Positions 49,100 to 64,000 of a stretch of DNA of 64,000 nucleotides are shown here, in pieces. Positions within the stretch are counted from its first letter, which is position 1. Every line of letters begins with the position of its first letter. Below the pieces are notes generated by a model, which was not told the origin of the DNA, did not search any database, and saw only the letters and a list, made by a program, of their open reading frames with translations. Origin of the DNA: Folioceros fuciformis. Its lineage: Eukaryota. The DNA lies in contig JBNGIO010005486.1 in NCBI GenBank assembly GCA_049999805.1, positions 1 through 64,000 of the forward strand, read 5' to 3'. Made by a program: the position numbers and the translations under genes.

Positions 49100-49763
49100 G
49101 AAAAAATCACTCTAAGTTTAAATTACATAATAGTAAAAAACAACAAACAAACATTGTAACATAATACTAATGGCAAACTAACATAATCTCTTACTACCAT
49201 ACTAACCTCCTGCACATAAACAAACACAAAGATATATTTCTATGAATATATAGAAATAAAGCCCCAACATCAAAATTTGGTCACTCGATTGAACATAATT
49301 ATGACCAGCGAGATCAAGACCTACTACATACATATATACCATGTTTCCTCGATTACGCGAAGGAACCATTCGAGAGGGGGGATAAAAATAATGTTGTGAA
49401 TTTATGCTTGAAAATTAATCATAATCTCACAACTAGTTGGTCTGAGAACTATTTTTGTGGAGGTTATTTATTAAGATGTATGTCTTGGTTTATTTTTCCA
49501 TCGCCATTTCAATGTATTTATTGGTTTTTTTTTTTCCTTCGCCATTTCATTTCAATGATAGAGTTTCTAACGTTTGTTTTTGTAAGATTGTTTTGTTAAC
49601 TTACTAACGTATTACATATATTTTGTAGTCTACTAGCTATACTTTGTAGTAGAGTGTCATCTAATGATTAGATTTCTGGAATTCTATTTACTCGTGTGAC
49701 ATCGATGGGAGGCTCGACTCAAGTTGGCTTCGTTTCTTGTAAGACTCTTCTCTAAGATTCCTC

Positions 49764-50113
49764 TATCCCTTAGTCTATTCGAGCCTACCTCTGTTCTTGT
49801 TTGAGGAAAGATGCTGGTGTCCCTTGGTTTGTTCGAGCTTGCCTGTACTCTTGCTGAAGAAAAAGGGCTAGTATCCCTTGGTGTGTTTGAGTGTGTCTCT
49901 ATTCCTACTCAAGAAAAAGGGGCTATTGTTCATTTATTTATTCGAGCTTGCCTACATTCCTACTTGAAAAGAAAGGGACTGGTATCCTTTGGAAGAAATG
50001 GACTGATATCCCTTGGTTTGTTCCAGTTTGCCTTCATTCCTACTCAAGGAAAAAAGGGCTAGGATTCCTTAGTCTGTTCCAGCTTATCTCCCTTCCTACT
50101 GCGAGAGAAGGTA
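49764..50113. repeat. Degenerate ~55-bp tandem repeat array (~6 copies)
   Basis: Recurring unit similar to TATCCCTTGGTTTGTTCGAGCTTGCCT..ATTCCTACTCAAGAAAAAGGGCTGG, with one truncated unit near 49983-50007. Confidence 0.85.
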
Positions 50114-50773
50114 GATGTGAATTCATTGCTACTAGCTTGGCTCTGTATAAAGGCTTTTCAATTCACATCAACAGTGTTCTCTAATGTGATGAACAACATT
50201 CTATCATGACATTAACAATATTTTCTACTGTGATAAATAACATTCTCTACTGTCATGAATACATTCTCTAGTGAACAACTTTCTCTATTGTGATGAGGTT
50301 TCACCTTGGCTTTGTCCAATTTGTGTTCTATGTTGTCTTGAATGTGAGTCTTGAATGCTAGTTGGCTTGGATGGAGTGCATAGGTATGCAATGCACATTG
50401 TGAAGAAGGTGGCTTGTTGCCTTCCCAAGATGTTTGTATAATACATTGCTTCAAATGGTTCCCTTTCACTTTGGAGAGGTCTTGATATGAGGAAATATAT
50501 TGCACTTTTGACAGACAGATCCTTTGATATGAGGAAACATGTTGCACACATTCGACTAGGATATGTTTTGCAAGTGTGTCTACAAGGGTTGCTTCAGACT
50601 AAGATCCATGAATACAACCCAATTCAATCCGAGCACATCTTCATGTGCGACTAAGATCCATAAATACAACGCAAGCTTATCCTACCCTTTGTTGCCATGC
50701 AGATCCTAGGCACATCTTTCTTCTGCTGTTATGGCACCGGCTGTTGGTTCCAAGGCGCACCAGGACACGACAG

Positions 50774-50815
50774 AAAGGAAGGAAGGAAGGAAGGAAGGCT
50801 AGGAAGGAAGGAAGG
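50774..50815. repeat. (GGAA)n microsatellite
   Basis: aaaggaaggaaggaaggaaggaaggctaggaaggaaggaagg. Confidence 0.9.
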
Positions 50816-51389
50816 CTTCACTTCGATAGCGGGTGTCCATCGCCCCTACCAAGGGCAGTAGCCAAATGTAAGTTCCAAAACCACGGCCAACGAAGGGAGG
50901 CGGCTTCATTGGTGATAGTGGAGACCCATGGCCGGCATTTGGTCTCGAGATCGCAAATTGTGCGGTCTCCCTGAACCGAGTGAGCCTGAATCACTCAAGG
51001 CACTGCATCCCTCGCAAACAAGTCAGTCACGATCCACTCGCAGCCAGAGGTGGCGGCTGGCTCGGTGGCCGACGATCGGCCATGTCGGCCATGTGTCACG
51101 CACAGGCGTGATGGTGAGGAGGAGGAACATTCGCAAGCCTGCGGCAAGCGTTCACTGGCCCGGATTGAATAACCGATATCTCCTGCCATGTCCACGTAAG
51201 CGCCATCCATCCGATTGTGGTGGCCACAAATTCACACTAGCACTTCACGGGATGGACAAGTGGTATGTGGGCAGTATTGAGGGGAGTTTGTTGGGTGTGA
51301 TTTGGGAAAGATCGTTGAAAGCGGGCTGGGCTGTCTGTTGCATTAGCTGGGCCTTCATTCCTTGCCTTCTGCTGGTATCGTCGAGGACG

Positions 51390-54419
<3,030 letters not shown>

Positions 54420-55131
54420 CGTACGGTTTAATTCACTACAATTCGTGAGCTGCATCCGGACGATTTTGTCTCACCATTCTCACTCGAATACGTGCAAGGC
54501 GACAGTCGTAAGCTGAGCACAGGGATCATAAGAGACCTACTTGCACCGCAGCGTCTGGCTTGTGTTTCTGCCTGAAATCGTAAGGGCATGGTAAAACGTA
54601 AGCATTGAGGGGGAGGCAAAGCTCCATGAGAAGTAAGCCTTATTCATGGGAAAAACTCACGTCCCTATCTACACAATATACGGGAGGTGAAGCATGCCTG
54701 CCCACCGGCAGAACACTTCTTGTGCTGGAGAAAGACAGGACACCTTAATCGAAGATATGGGACTGACCCATGCTATTCTGCACGGAAGGTTGTCTGTTGT
54801 GAGTGAGTGGCACGAAGTACTTCGGTGATCGATATGTTGGCGCGGTTGGACAGCTACTTTCTGCAAACGGGAAACGGAGTCTATGGCTCGAGCTTATAAT
54901 AGGTTGGAATCACAATTCCTTTGAGGCCGAGCCTTTCATTTCCTCGAACATCTTTCCACGTAAACATATATCTACGCAGCCATAACTTGAGTGTTGTCCA
55001 AACGGCAATTTGATAAGCGGCGTCTGAAAGAGACGTAGTCTTTCCCGAGCAGCGCTTGCAAGCCCCTGGGCGAGGGGACAGACGGGGCGATGGTGAGGCA
55101 ATCCGGAGGCTTGTAGAGGGTGGCCGGCCAA

Positions 55132-56334
55132 ATGCTGAGCAATCCAAGGATTTTCGCGTCGGCAGGCCGCTGCTTACTGCGCCCGGTGCCTGGATCATTA
55201 TTCCAGCGGCTATCCTGTGGTGTGGCTGCTACAATGGCGGCAACCGTGCCGACATGGAGGCCGAATTTCGTGTCAGTGGAGCGGGGAGGCGTGCCTGGGG
55301 AGGAGGCATGCGAGGAGCCAGGCACCAGCATCAGGATCGTTTCCTACAACGTTCTTGCCCAGGCTTATGTGAAGAGCGAGACGTTCCCGCACTCTCCTTC
55401 CGGCTGTCTGAGGTGGAAGCCTCGGTCCCGAGCGGTGCTGTCTAGGTTGCTGTCGTTCGATGCGGATTTCCTTTGCCTGCAGGAGCTGGACGAGTTCGAG
55501 AGCTTCTACAGGCAGCCTATGAGCAGGCAGGGATACGACAGCGTGTATGTGAAGCGTGGCGGGAGGAAGCGAGATGGATGTGGAATTTTCTTCAGGCGGT
55601 CTAGGTTTGAGTTGCTGGACAGGCAGGAGATCGACTACAACCGCCTTGTGCCAGACTCATCCGGTCAGGATTCGAGCGGATCCGAGGAGGAGGAACTGTC
55701 GATGGAGAGGCTGGCAAACCCTAACGATCCTCGGGTGAGGTTGAAGCGTGATTGTGTTGGCATCATGGCTGCTTTCAGGTTTGTGGATGGCCCGCAGCAT
55801 GTGCTTCTCATAGCGAACACGCATCTGTACTGGGACCCGGCATGGGCCGACGTGAAGCTGGCACAGGCGAAGTATTTGCTGTCATGCCTTGCAGAGTACC
55901 GGCAGACACTGTCGGAGAGATTCAAATCTGCTCCGCTTGTCATGGTGACTGGAGACTTCAACTCTCAGCCTGGGGACGAGGTATACTTGTTCCTCGTCAG
56001 TGCCACCTCTGGGCACGTCAAGGAATCTGTCCAGATATCCTCCAGAGATGAGTCAGGTGATGTGTTGGTCTGCAAGGATCCTGAGCTTCCAACAGTCCAG
56101 CTACGCAGCCTGTACGCTCAAGCTCGAGGGGAGCCTCCTTTCACAAACGTTTCCCCTGGATTCACCGGCACGTTAGACTACATTCTGTTCCATCCAAGTG
56201 ATCTGCTTAAACCTAAGTCATTCTTGGAGCTACCAGACTCGGAGTCAGCTACTGAGCTTGCTGGGGGACTACCTAACCACTTCCACCCTAGCGACCATCT
56301 GCCTCTAGGTGCGGACTTCGTCATCCGCCATTGA
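55132..56334 (+). CDS. CCR4/nocturnin-like EEP-family deadenylase/phosphatase, intronless
   Basis: IVSYNVLAQAY; DFLCLQELD; KRDGCGIF; IANTHLYWDP; TGDFNS; GTLDYI; HPSDHLPL. Confidence 0.93.
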   Translation: MLSNPRIFASAGRCLLRPVPGSLFQRLSCGVAATMAATVPTWRPNFVSVERGGVPGEEACEEPGTSIRIVSYNVLAQAYVKSETFPHSPSGCLRWKPRSRAVLSRLLSFDADFLCLQELDEFESFYRQPMSRQGYDSVYVKRGGRKRDGCGIFFRRSRFELLDRQEIDYNRLVPDSSGQDSSGSEEEELSMERLANPNDPRVRLKRDCVGIMAAFRFVDGPQHVLLIANTHLYWDPAWADVKLAQAKYLLSCLAEYRQTLSERFKSAPLVMVTGDFNSQPGDEVYLFLVSATSGHVKESVQISSRDESGDVLVCKDPELPTVQLRSLYAQARGEPPFTNVSPGFTGTLDYILFHPSDLLKPKSFLELPDSESATELAGGLPNHFHPSDHLPLGADFVIRH

Positions 56335-56761
56335 CTGTACGCCAGGCACGTCTGGACATATTGCGCGCCGCGGGCTTCACACTTCAATGACGGTAAATCA
56401 CAGTGCAGTGGCATCTCCTTCGTCACCCGCATCCATGGTGCCGAATTCCTTTCAACTGTACGCCAATCAAAATTTCAATATCATCTGCAAGCGTAGACCT
56501 CACACATCACTCCCGGTTGAGTGCCTTGAGTCCCCAAATCCCACGTTATTCCCTCGTTGCAAGAGTACGGCCACGAGGCACAGTTAAAAACGTCCGTGCT
56601 CGCAAACTTCCTCCTCCCAAGGTGCTCTTGTTTAACTTCCTAGCCTTTTTCTCTACATCGGAGTCAACAACAAATCACTAAGTAGTCTAGAAAGTTGACA
56701 TTTTGGAAGCAATAATGATATTTGAAGGAGCTAGTACCTTTGGCTTTGTTTGGTTGTTCCT

Positions 56762-56980
56762 CCAATCTTCTTTGGAGGAACAATCTTCTTTGGAGGAACA
56801 ATCTTCTTTGGAGTAGATGAGACTTTCTATCAATCTTTGAAGTAGATTTGTTTAGTTGTTCCAACAATCTTTGAAGTAGATGAGACTTTCCACCAATCTT
56901 TGGAGTAGATGAGACTTTCCACCAATCTTTGGAGTAGATGACACCTTCCACCAATATTTGGAGTAGATGAGACTTTCCAT
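56762..56980. repeat. Compound short tandem repeats (18-bp and ~29-bp units)
   Basis: AATCTTCTTTGGAGGAAC about 3 times, followed by about 5 copies of CCAATCTTTGGAGTAGATGAGACTTTCCA-like units. Confidence 0.88.
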
Positions 56981-57065
56981 CTCTTTTTCAATAATAGAAA
57001 ATACTGCCTAGAAACAAGTAGGTGTTACATAGAACGATAATGTAGCACATGAAGGGACAATTTTT

Positions 57066-57569
57066 TCACATCCAAGTGTCTTCCACAAAATCACTCACAC
57101 AAAAATCTTGATCTCTATCTACATAATTTTCGTACCTAATAATACAATCCACAACTTGCACAGTTGCGCTACGAGCATATGGACAAGCTAATAAAAGACG
57201 ATCTCGCACAATTTCCACACAAGTCTGGCATTGCAATTTGGTAACCATTGTGGGCTCTTTGACATAACAATCAACTTTACCCCATATTGCTGGAAACGAT
57301 AACAACCCATTTCTCATTCTTATTCTGCATTCATAAGGCCTTGATGGAAAGTTTCTTGCAGAATTTTGTACGAGTAATTTTAGCATTGTGGTCACTGCTT
57401 CTTCCCATAATGTGCCTGGCAAAAAAGATGATCCACATCTAGTGAATAGAGCAGTGGTGTTTGGTGCAATAATCTCTTCCAAGATGAAGCTTGTTGACAC
57501 AACTCTATGAAAAAATATTAACAGAAGTAACAGAAGATAGCTAATATAGTTTGCTCTAAATCCTTTCAT
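57066..57569 (-). CDS. Secreted single-domain Gnk2/DUF26 cysteine-rich protein
   Basis: Signal-peptide-like LLLLLLIFF; APNTTALFTRC; WGKVDC-X12-CQTC; CPYARSATVQVVDCIIRYENY, similar to the C-terminal strands of ginkbilobin-2. Confidence 0.75.
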   Translation of the reverse strand: MKGFRANYISYLLLLLLIFFHRVVSTSFILEEIIAPNTTALFTRCGSSFLPGTLWEEAVTTMLKLLVQNSARNFPSRPYECRIRMRNGLLSFPAIWGKVDCYVKEPTMVTKLQCQTCVEIVRDRLLLACPYARSATVQVVDCIIRYENYVDRDQDFCVSDFVEDTWM

Positions 57570-59028
57570 GTAGATTTCTGTGGTTATAATCCAAGTGCTA
57601 CATCCATCTAGTAGAGATTCAAAATACCATAATCAAAATAAAAACCTTGTTATTCTTACATTGTTCACAAACGAAACTATACGGACAAAGAATCTTTTAG
57701 TGAAACATATGTGAGCATTCACTCCGTGAGAAGAAAAGGTTTCTCTTAAATAGGTTTTTGAATTAAAAATTTTACCAAAAAGATGCATTGAGAACTTCTA
57801 GAGAATTTTTATGTCAAATTTGACTTTCTTTGCATAGTTGGATTCTTTTTCTTCTTTCTTACTTATGATGTATATATAAATAAATATTATGCATATATAC
57901 ATAATACTATACTTGTAAATTAAATATGATTCTATGTATTAGGTAGGACAACAACAACGGGTGGAACTTCGTGTATATGATTTGTTCTCGAAAAATGATT
58001 AAGTAGATTATGTAATATGATTTTTTAAAAAGTATCTAGTAGTTAAAAAATATTTTCTCCAACACTACATGTATATAATCACCATATGTTTTCGTATTTG
58101 AATAAATCTTTATTTGAAGGTCAAAGATGGAACCGTCCAACCTATAATGGAAAGAAACATGGAACAAGGACCATATTGGATTGTTATGAAAAAAAAAAAA
58201 AAAAAGGTGAGAAAAACAGGTCACTCTCCTTGCTAGCTTCCTGCTTTGGTACATGCGGCTGCCACCTTCTGCTTCGAGGGTCCAGGTTCAGGCAAACCAA
58301 AAAGGGCGGGATTCGCAAGGTCCAAAGACGGACAACGGAGGGGTATCATCTTCGTAGAACGGACCCATGCACACCGTTGGACCCATTATGTTTTTCATTG
58401 CGCTGCTCCCTTGAGGAAAAACGAATGACTGCCCGAGCTGGTCGTTACTGCTTGCTGATGAATGACTGAAATGACCGACAGCGAGACGAGATAAGCACGC
58501 GACAGGTTGAAAGAGATGCAAGATGTCCCAGCTGGAGAGCCAATGTAGGACCTTCTGGACTGTTTTCTCTGCAAAAGGGTGCCAGCTGCACGACATGCAC
58601 AGGAAGGCTGCAACCAACAGCAGTTGGCTTCAGGTACTACTTGTAAATAGGTTGCCCTTACAGGGCACCAATTGGCAAGTTGCACATATGATGTCACAAA
58701 GAATAGTAGTTCTTACGGCTACTTAAGTATCCACTCATGTCACACGCACTTGAAACTACTGCATGAAGAATCCTCGAGCCAGGGATGTTTCATGTGCAGC
58801 CAGGAGGCAACAGTTCACGCTGTAGGACAAGGTAACACGGGCCCTGAGGCAAAGACGAACCCATCTGCTCGGAAGATGGGATGTTATGACCAGAGAAAAG
58901 AAACAATGCTCTTTAAATGTCGTGGTTGCTTTTCTGTGAGCCTGGAGATCGCTTGACGTATGCTGGAAAGTATAGACTGAGGGACCATCACTCCACTCCC
59001 TAACCACTAAAGCTTGTCAAATGCCGGC

Positions 59029-59904
59029 TCACAAACTCCAACCCAAAGCCATCGGCACCACAAGAGAACAGGCGATAACTAGCAAGCGGGGTGCTTCCAG
59101 CATCCCTGCACTCTTGTCAGGGGTGACGGTGAAATTCCCATTGAAGCTTCCTACACCACACGCAAGCAGAAGCCGGCTGTGAGCAGAGCAGGATGGAAAG
59201 TTCATCCATCCCCGGTGTTAGACATCCGAGTCGGATGCATGCAGGAGGAAAATTGAAGCAGGAAAATCGGGAAGGAGAGCGCCAGGCCAGAGCAGTGCTC
59301 CCTTACTCACCATTGCTCGTTATCGAGCAGCCCGTGTTGATCGCCGCTTTCACATTCGCCGGAGATGCGTAGTCGTTGAAGCGGAACTCGGGATACACTT
59401 TTGTGAGGCAAGACAGCTGGTGAGTAGTCTGGGAAGAGCAGTTGAGACAGTAGTGCGTTGTAAGCGCCGCAGGCACGTGCAGCTTCCCCGTTTCGTTCAG
59501 AAACGTAGCCGCATCCGGGCACGCAGAAGTCTGCACGCCATCCCACAGCATTTACAGAACAAGTCATCGAAAAGTCGCGTCACGTCACACCCACCGCACC
59601 AGCCCCAGCAATCCGAGTGCAGCCACCCACAGCGTTCTGCAAACACAACAGCGCGTTGGTGTACGCCTGGTTCTTGTCAAGGTTCACCATCCCCGTAGGA
59701 TCCAGAGGAGCCGGTGGCGCAGACGCAGCCTCAACCGTGCCTGCACGGAATCCGATACCGCAAAGTTATAAACAAAATTCCTGAATCCACACCATTCAGC
59801 AGCGGAACCAAGCTCATACGAGTTCCCATCTCACCCCAAGCGATGCTCAAAAGCAGCACGGAGAGCGTGCCCCAGGCAGCCGCGGACGACATGCACCTGG
59901 CCAT
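59029..59904 (-). CDS. Small secreted Cys-rich protein, probably GPI-anchored (4 exons)
   Basis: Spliced reading MARCMSSAAAWGTLSVLLLSIAWG / TVEAAS...NALLCLQNA / TSACPDAATFLNETGKLHVP...YCLNC...LSCLTKVYPEFRFN...INTGCS / FNGNFTV...SAGMLEAPRLLVIACSLVVPMALGWSL. All phases are consistent with GT-AG introns, and both ends are hydrophobic. Confidence 0.8.
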
Positions 59905-60253
59905 GGCTCACAAGGCGAAGTAATCGCTACTCCCAGACCCTTTCGCAGAGAAAGCGCAACCGGGTTCTGGTGGCGGAAAGAAGGCCCGTGGGCAGGAAGG
60001 GCGGAGGAAGACGCAATTTGAGGAAGGCAGGGGGAGCAGGGCCAGGTTCCCCCTGAATCCGGAACCGGGCCCAAAGGCGATCCCAAACAATCCGTGCGGG
60101 GGCCCGGCTCCAGGCTGGGGAAGAGAACAGTACAAGGGACAACCTCAGGCCGGGACAGCGTGATCCATAGGAAAAGCTGTGACAGCCCCGCCCAGCCAGG
60201 CTGCAAGTCAAACAGCGGCCCGCCGGGAGGGAATTCTTCACGGGCAAGCAGAG

Positions 60254-60332
60254 GCATATTCCGGCACAAAATCGCTGCCCCCGCCGCTTCCGGCTGGGGC
60301 GGGGCAGGAGGCCCAGATGCCCAGGCATATAC
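60254..60332. promoter_or_regulatory. Two P1BS (PHR1-binding, GNATATNC) elements upstream of PHT1
   Basis: GCATATTC at 60254-60261 and GCATATAC at 60325-60332, about 610-690 bp upstream of the PHT1 ATG. Confidence 0.7.
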
Positions 60333-60941
60333 CATATCCCAGTGCCGCAGGACAGGATTGCGTGGTGACCGGGGCCAGCCGGTGGCACCCTGCGGGACCC
60401 TGTCGGTGACGCGTGCTGGCGACGGCGGGGCCTAACCGGGCCCTCGGTTAAGCAGCCCGCCTCGGTTTACCCGCTGCTGCAAACCCCTTGGCAGCAGTGT
60501 GGGTTATATCACGCTTCGTGTCCCGCCCAGCTCCAACTGCATCGGCTTGAAGGAGTCTGAAGCAGGCGGCAGCCACTTTGTGGGGGTGCGAGCGTTGGAT
60601 CGTGAGTGGTGCCCCAGAATTGCGAGCAGAGGTGCGTGTTACAGTGCTGCAGTACGGGGCTCTGGTACACCTGGTCGGTCCTGTCACCGGCCCTGATGCT
60701 CGTGCTGCATGCTGTTAATGGCAGCCCAGACCCGTGGCGGCCTTGCTTGCTTGCTGCTGCTGGGCTGGGTGGCTGGGAGAGGTTTGGAGCTCTTCGGTGT
60801 GGTAGGACATTGTGCTTGTGGAGGGACTGACAATGTGGGTGTGTGCTGGTGGGATGGGATGGACTCGGGTGTGTGTGTGTGTGCAGGGACTGGGAGAGCA
60901 AGAGTATAGCCAGCTGGTTCGAGTCCCCGGCGGCGATCCCG

Positions 60942-62863
60942 ATGAGTTCCAAGGCTCAGGCGCAGCAGGCGCCCTCGGCGCATCGGGAGTCCGATGTTCT
61001 CGCCGCTCTAGACTCGGCCAAGACGCAATGGTACCATGCGACTGCGGTGATCATCGCCGGGATGGGCTTCTTCACGGATGCCTACGACTTGTTCTGCATC
61101 TCCACTGTGACGAAGCTTCTGGGGCGGCTTTACTACTACGATCCTTCCAGAACCGCGCCCGGGGTGCTGCCGCCAGCAGTGTATGTGTCGTTGACTGGAA
61201 TGTCTCTGGTGGGCACTCTAGTGGGGCAACTCTTCTTTGGGGCCATGGGCGATTTGTACGGGAGGAAGAGGGTGTATGGAGTCACGCTTGTGCTCATGAT
61301 CGCCTGCTCCATCGGGAGCGCCCTGTCCTTCGGACACACCGCCAAGGCCGTGATAATAACGCTGTGCTGGTTCCGGTTCTGGCTGGGCTTTGGCATAGGT
61401 ATGATCGCCTTGAGAGAATCGAGCTGGCTGGTTCATGTTCGCAGGCTATAGCTATAGCCATAGCTGGAATGCTGCGAGTTTGCCTGTCACCCATTTCATG
61501 CAGCCAAGGGCGTGCTGCATTGTCTGGTGCGAGGGCGGTAGCGTGTATACATGACTGATTGCGTCTCGTGTGTACGTGTTTGAGCCTGTGTTGAGCAGGA
61601 GGAGACTACCCGCTCTCGGCCACCATCATGTCAGAGTATTCCAACACCCGAACCCGAGGCTCCTTCATCGCTGCAGTCTTTGCCATGCAAGGCTTCGGCA
61701 TTCTCTTTGGCGGAGTAGTTGCCATGGTCGTGAGTGCCTCTCTGGGAGCGAGGTCGCGCACAACTCCGTCGTTCGAGCAAGATGAGATCCTCTCGACCCC
61801 TCCCGAGACGGACTTCATTTGGAGGCTCATCTTCGCCATCGGAGCCATCCCGGCGGCCATGACTCTGTACTGGAGGATGAAGATGCCGGAAACTGCCCGG
61901 TACACCGCCCTGGTGGAGGGGAACATGAAGCAAGCGGCAGCAGACATGGCCACAGTTCTCAACGTCGAGTTCCAGCCAGACCAGAACGAGAAGGTGGCAG
62001 AACATCAGCTGAAGCCCTCCGAGCAGTACGGATTATGGTCCAGGGAGTTCACCAAGAGGCACGGCTTGCATCTCGTGGGCACCACCGTCTGCTGGTTCGT
62101 GCTGGACGTGGCGTACTACAGCCAGAACCTGTTCCAGAAGGACGTTCTCACAGCCGTCGGCTGGCTGAACAAAGCCTCCAAGATGCACGCAGCCCAGGAA
62201 GTGTACGACATCGCCAGGGGGCAAGCGCTGCTTGCGCTCTTCACCACAGTACCGGGATACTGGTTCACCGTAGCCTTGATAGATAGAATCGGGCGGTTCA
62301 AAATCCAGTTGGGAGGCTTCTTCTTCATGACTATCTTCATGCTGGCCGGAGCTATCCCATACAACCATCTGCGTGGCAAAGCCTGCACCACCAGCGAGAC
62401 GGGCTACTGCCATGGGCACGTGATGCTCTTCGTGGTGCTGTACGGGCTCACCTTCTTCTTCTCCAACTTCGGTCCCAACAGCACAACCTTCATCGTCCCC
62501 GCCGAGATCTTCCCAGCCAGGGTGCGGTCCACCTGCCACGGGATCTCCGCTGCCGCAGGCAAACTAGGAGCCATCGTCGGCAGCTTCGGCTTCCTGTTAG
62601 CTTCACAGGACAGCAAACATGCTGATCCAGGCTACCACAAAGGCTTTGGCACACGGAACTCTCTCATCTTCATGGCTTGCATCAACGCCATAGGCTTCCT
62701 CTTCACCTTCCTGGTGCCAGAAACTAAAGGGCGATCGCTGGAGGAGCTATCAGGGGAGAATGAAGACATGGGCATCGTACTATCAGTTCCACACTCCACC
62801 TCCAGTATCCATAGCACCGGGAACAAAGGCACAGCCTTTGACTCCCCAAACATGGAAGTCTGA
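60942..62863 (+). CDS. PHT1: PHT1-family inorganic phosphate transporter (2 coding exons)
   Basis: [27 protein letters not shown]; signature [13 protein letters not shown] split by one intron (~61399-61598); [45 protein letters not shown]. Confidence 0.97.
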
Positions 62864-64000
62864 TCCTCTCCTCGACCTTCAGCACAGTTCCTGGAAAGCC
62901 GACCATCATCACACTTTCCGACACATCTATATCCTTCCGGGTCATGGAGCAGTCGACAACAAATTCAGCCATCATAGATCCCTTTCATAGGCCTCGTTTC
63001 TTTCTAGAAAATGCCAGCCCCATGAATGTTTGAAGAGAACAACAGATTCAGACAGCATAGACGCTCGATTTCCTATAGAAGAAGACAGCCCTACGAATAT
63101 TCGTTGCCTACTGATTAGAGCTTCCCTGCTTTTCTGTTTTCAAAATTAAAAATCTTAATCTAGATTATGTAGCTATACTCAACTCCTGCCTGCTGCGTGT
63201 TTTGTTTTCACTACAATCCTCATAGCTCCGCCGCCTCCTCGGGTTCATCCGGGTTTGCCTTGTTGGGTGGGCTTCACTACAATCTTTCAGCTGCCACCCA
63301 TAGCTTCTGGTTTGGGTCCTATCATACCCATGTCAACAACCGGCATCCAAACATTAGAGAGGTCTGGACATTAAAAAGCATAAGAAGAGTCCATGGATTA
63401 TAACACGCCACTCCACTTGGGCCCTTCCCGCCCTTAACTTTGCAATTCCCATGGCAGTCTGCACTGCAACATGTAAAAGGTAAAAGTAAATTATGAAAAA
63501 AATATTAATAAAACTATTCTTTATTTGTTTTCAAATGTTGCTAGAAGAGTAGAAAAATATGGTTTAATTAGCATCCTCACAAGTGGTGAATAAGATCCCA
63601 AAAAATATGTCATAATTATTCATTGAATATGATATCCAAGAAAAATAAATAAATCAAACAAGTATATTAGCTCTTTTTTATAAGATGAATTAAATGATTG
63701 TATGATTGAGTCACTTTTGGAAATGGTTGACAAGGCCAAAACATATTCCTTAAAAGTTGGGTAAAATATATCACAATAATCTCGTGTAAATGAAGTTCAG
63801 AACCTTAGGGTGAAATAAGAGACTATTTTCAAATCAATTTTGTAGGCAGCTTCACCTCTAGCAGGGAACTCTCTATATGTTGGTGCTCTTGCATATGCTC
63901 TTGTTGTTGATGCTACTACTAGTCCTCTACATGTGCGACTATTCTACTTTTTTCCCTCTTAGATTAACAAGCCTATGGGTTGCGATCCTACTTGCCAAAG

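Overview
Eukaryotic nuclear DNA from a compact land-plant genome, with about 20 genes in 64 kb, GT-AG introns of mostly ~80-200 nt and short spacers. The style suggests a non-seed plant, plausibly a hornwort; this is inference only. Gene order: partial ORF with an HHCC-like motif, Aquarius helicase, SWEET, ERO1, XS-domain protein, GH3 / GH3 / BAHD acyltransferase / GH3, beta-ureidopropionase, kelch protein, PPR pseudogene, FAD oxidoreductase, Obg GTPase, PXA-PX nexin, SIEL/INTS4, an AT-rich TE-like block, NTRC, CCR4-like EEP, Gnk2/DUF26 secreted protein, putative GPI-anchored Cys-rich protein, PHT1. There are two assembly gaps (39759-40158 and 47939-48038). The most notable signal is a ~9.5 kb co-directional cluster (17462-26923) of three intact but pocket-divergent GH3 acyl-adenylating amido synthetases with an intact BAHD acyltransferase nested among them. 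Its spacers are very short and contain repeated AuxRE-like motifs and a duplicated promoter segment. It is a candidate undescribed biosynthetic or hormone-modifying gene cluster. Gene spans include introns, exon boundaries were read by eye, and all family calls come from motif recognition, not database searches.
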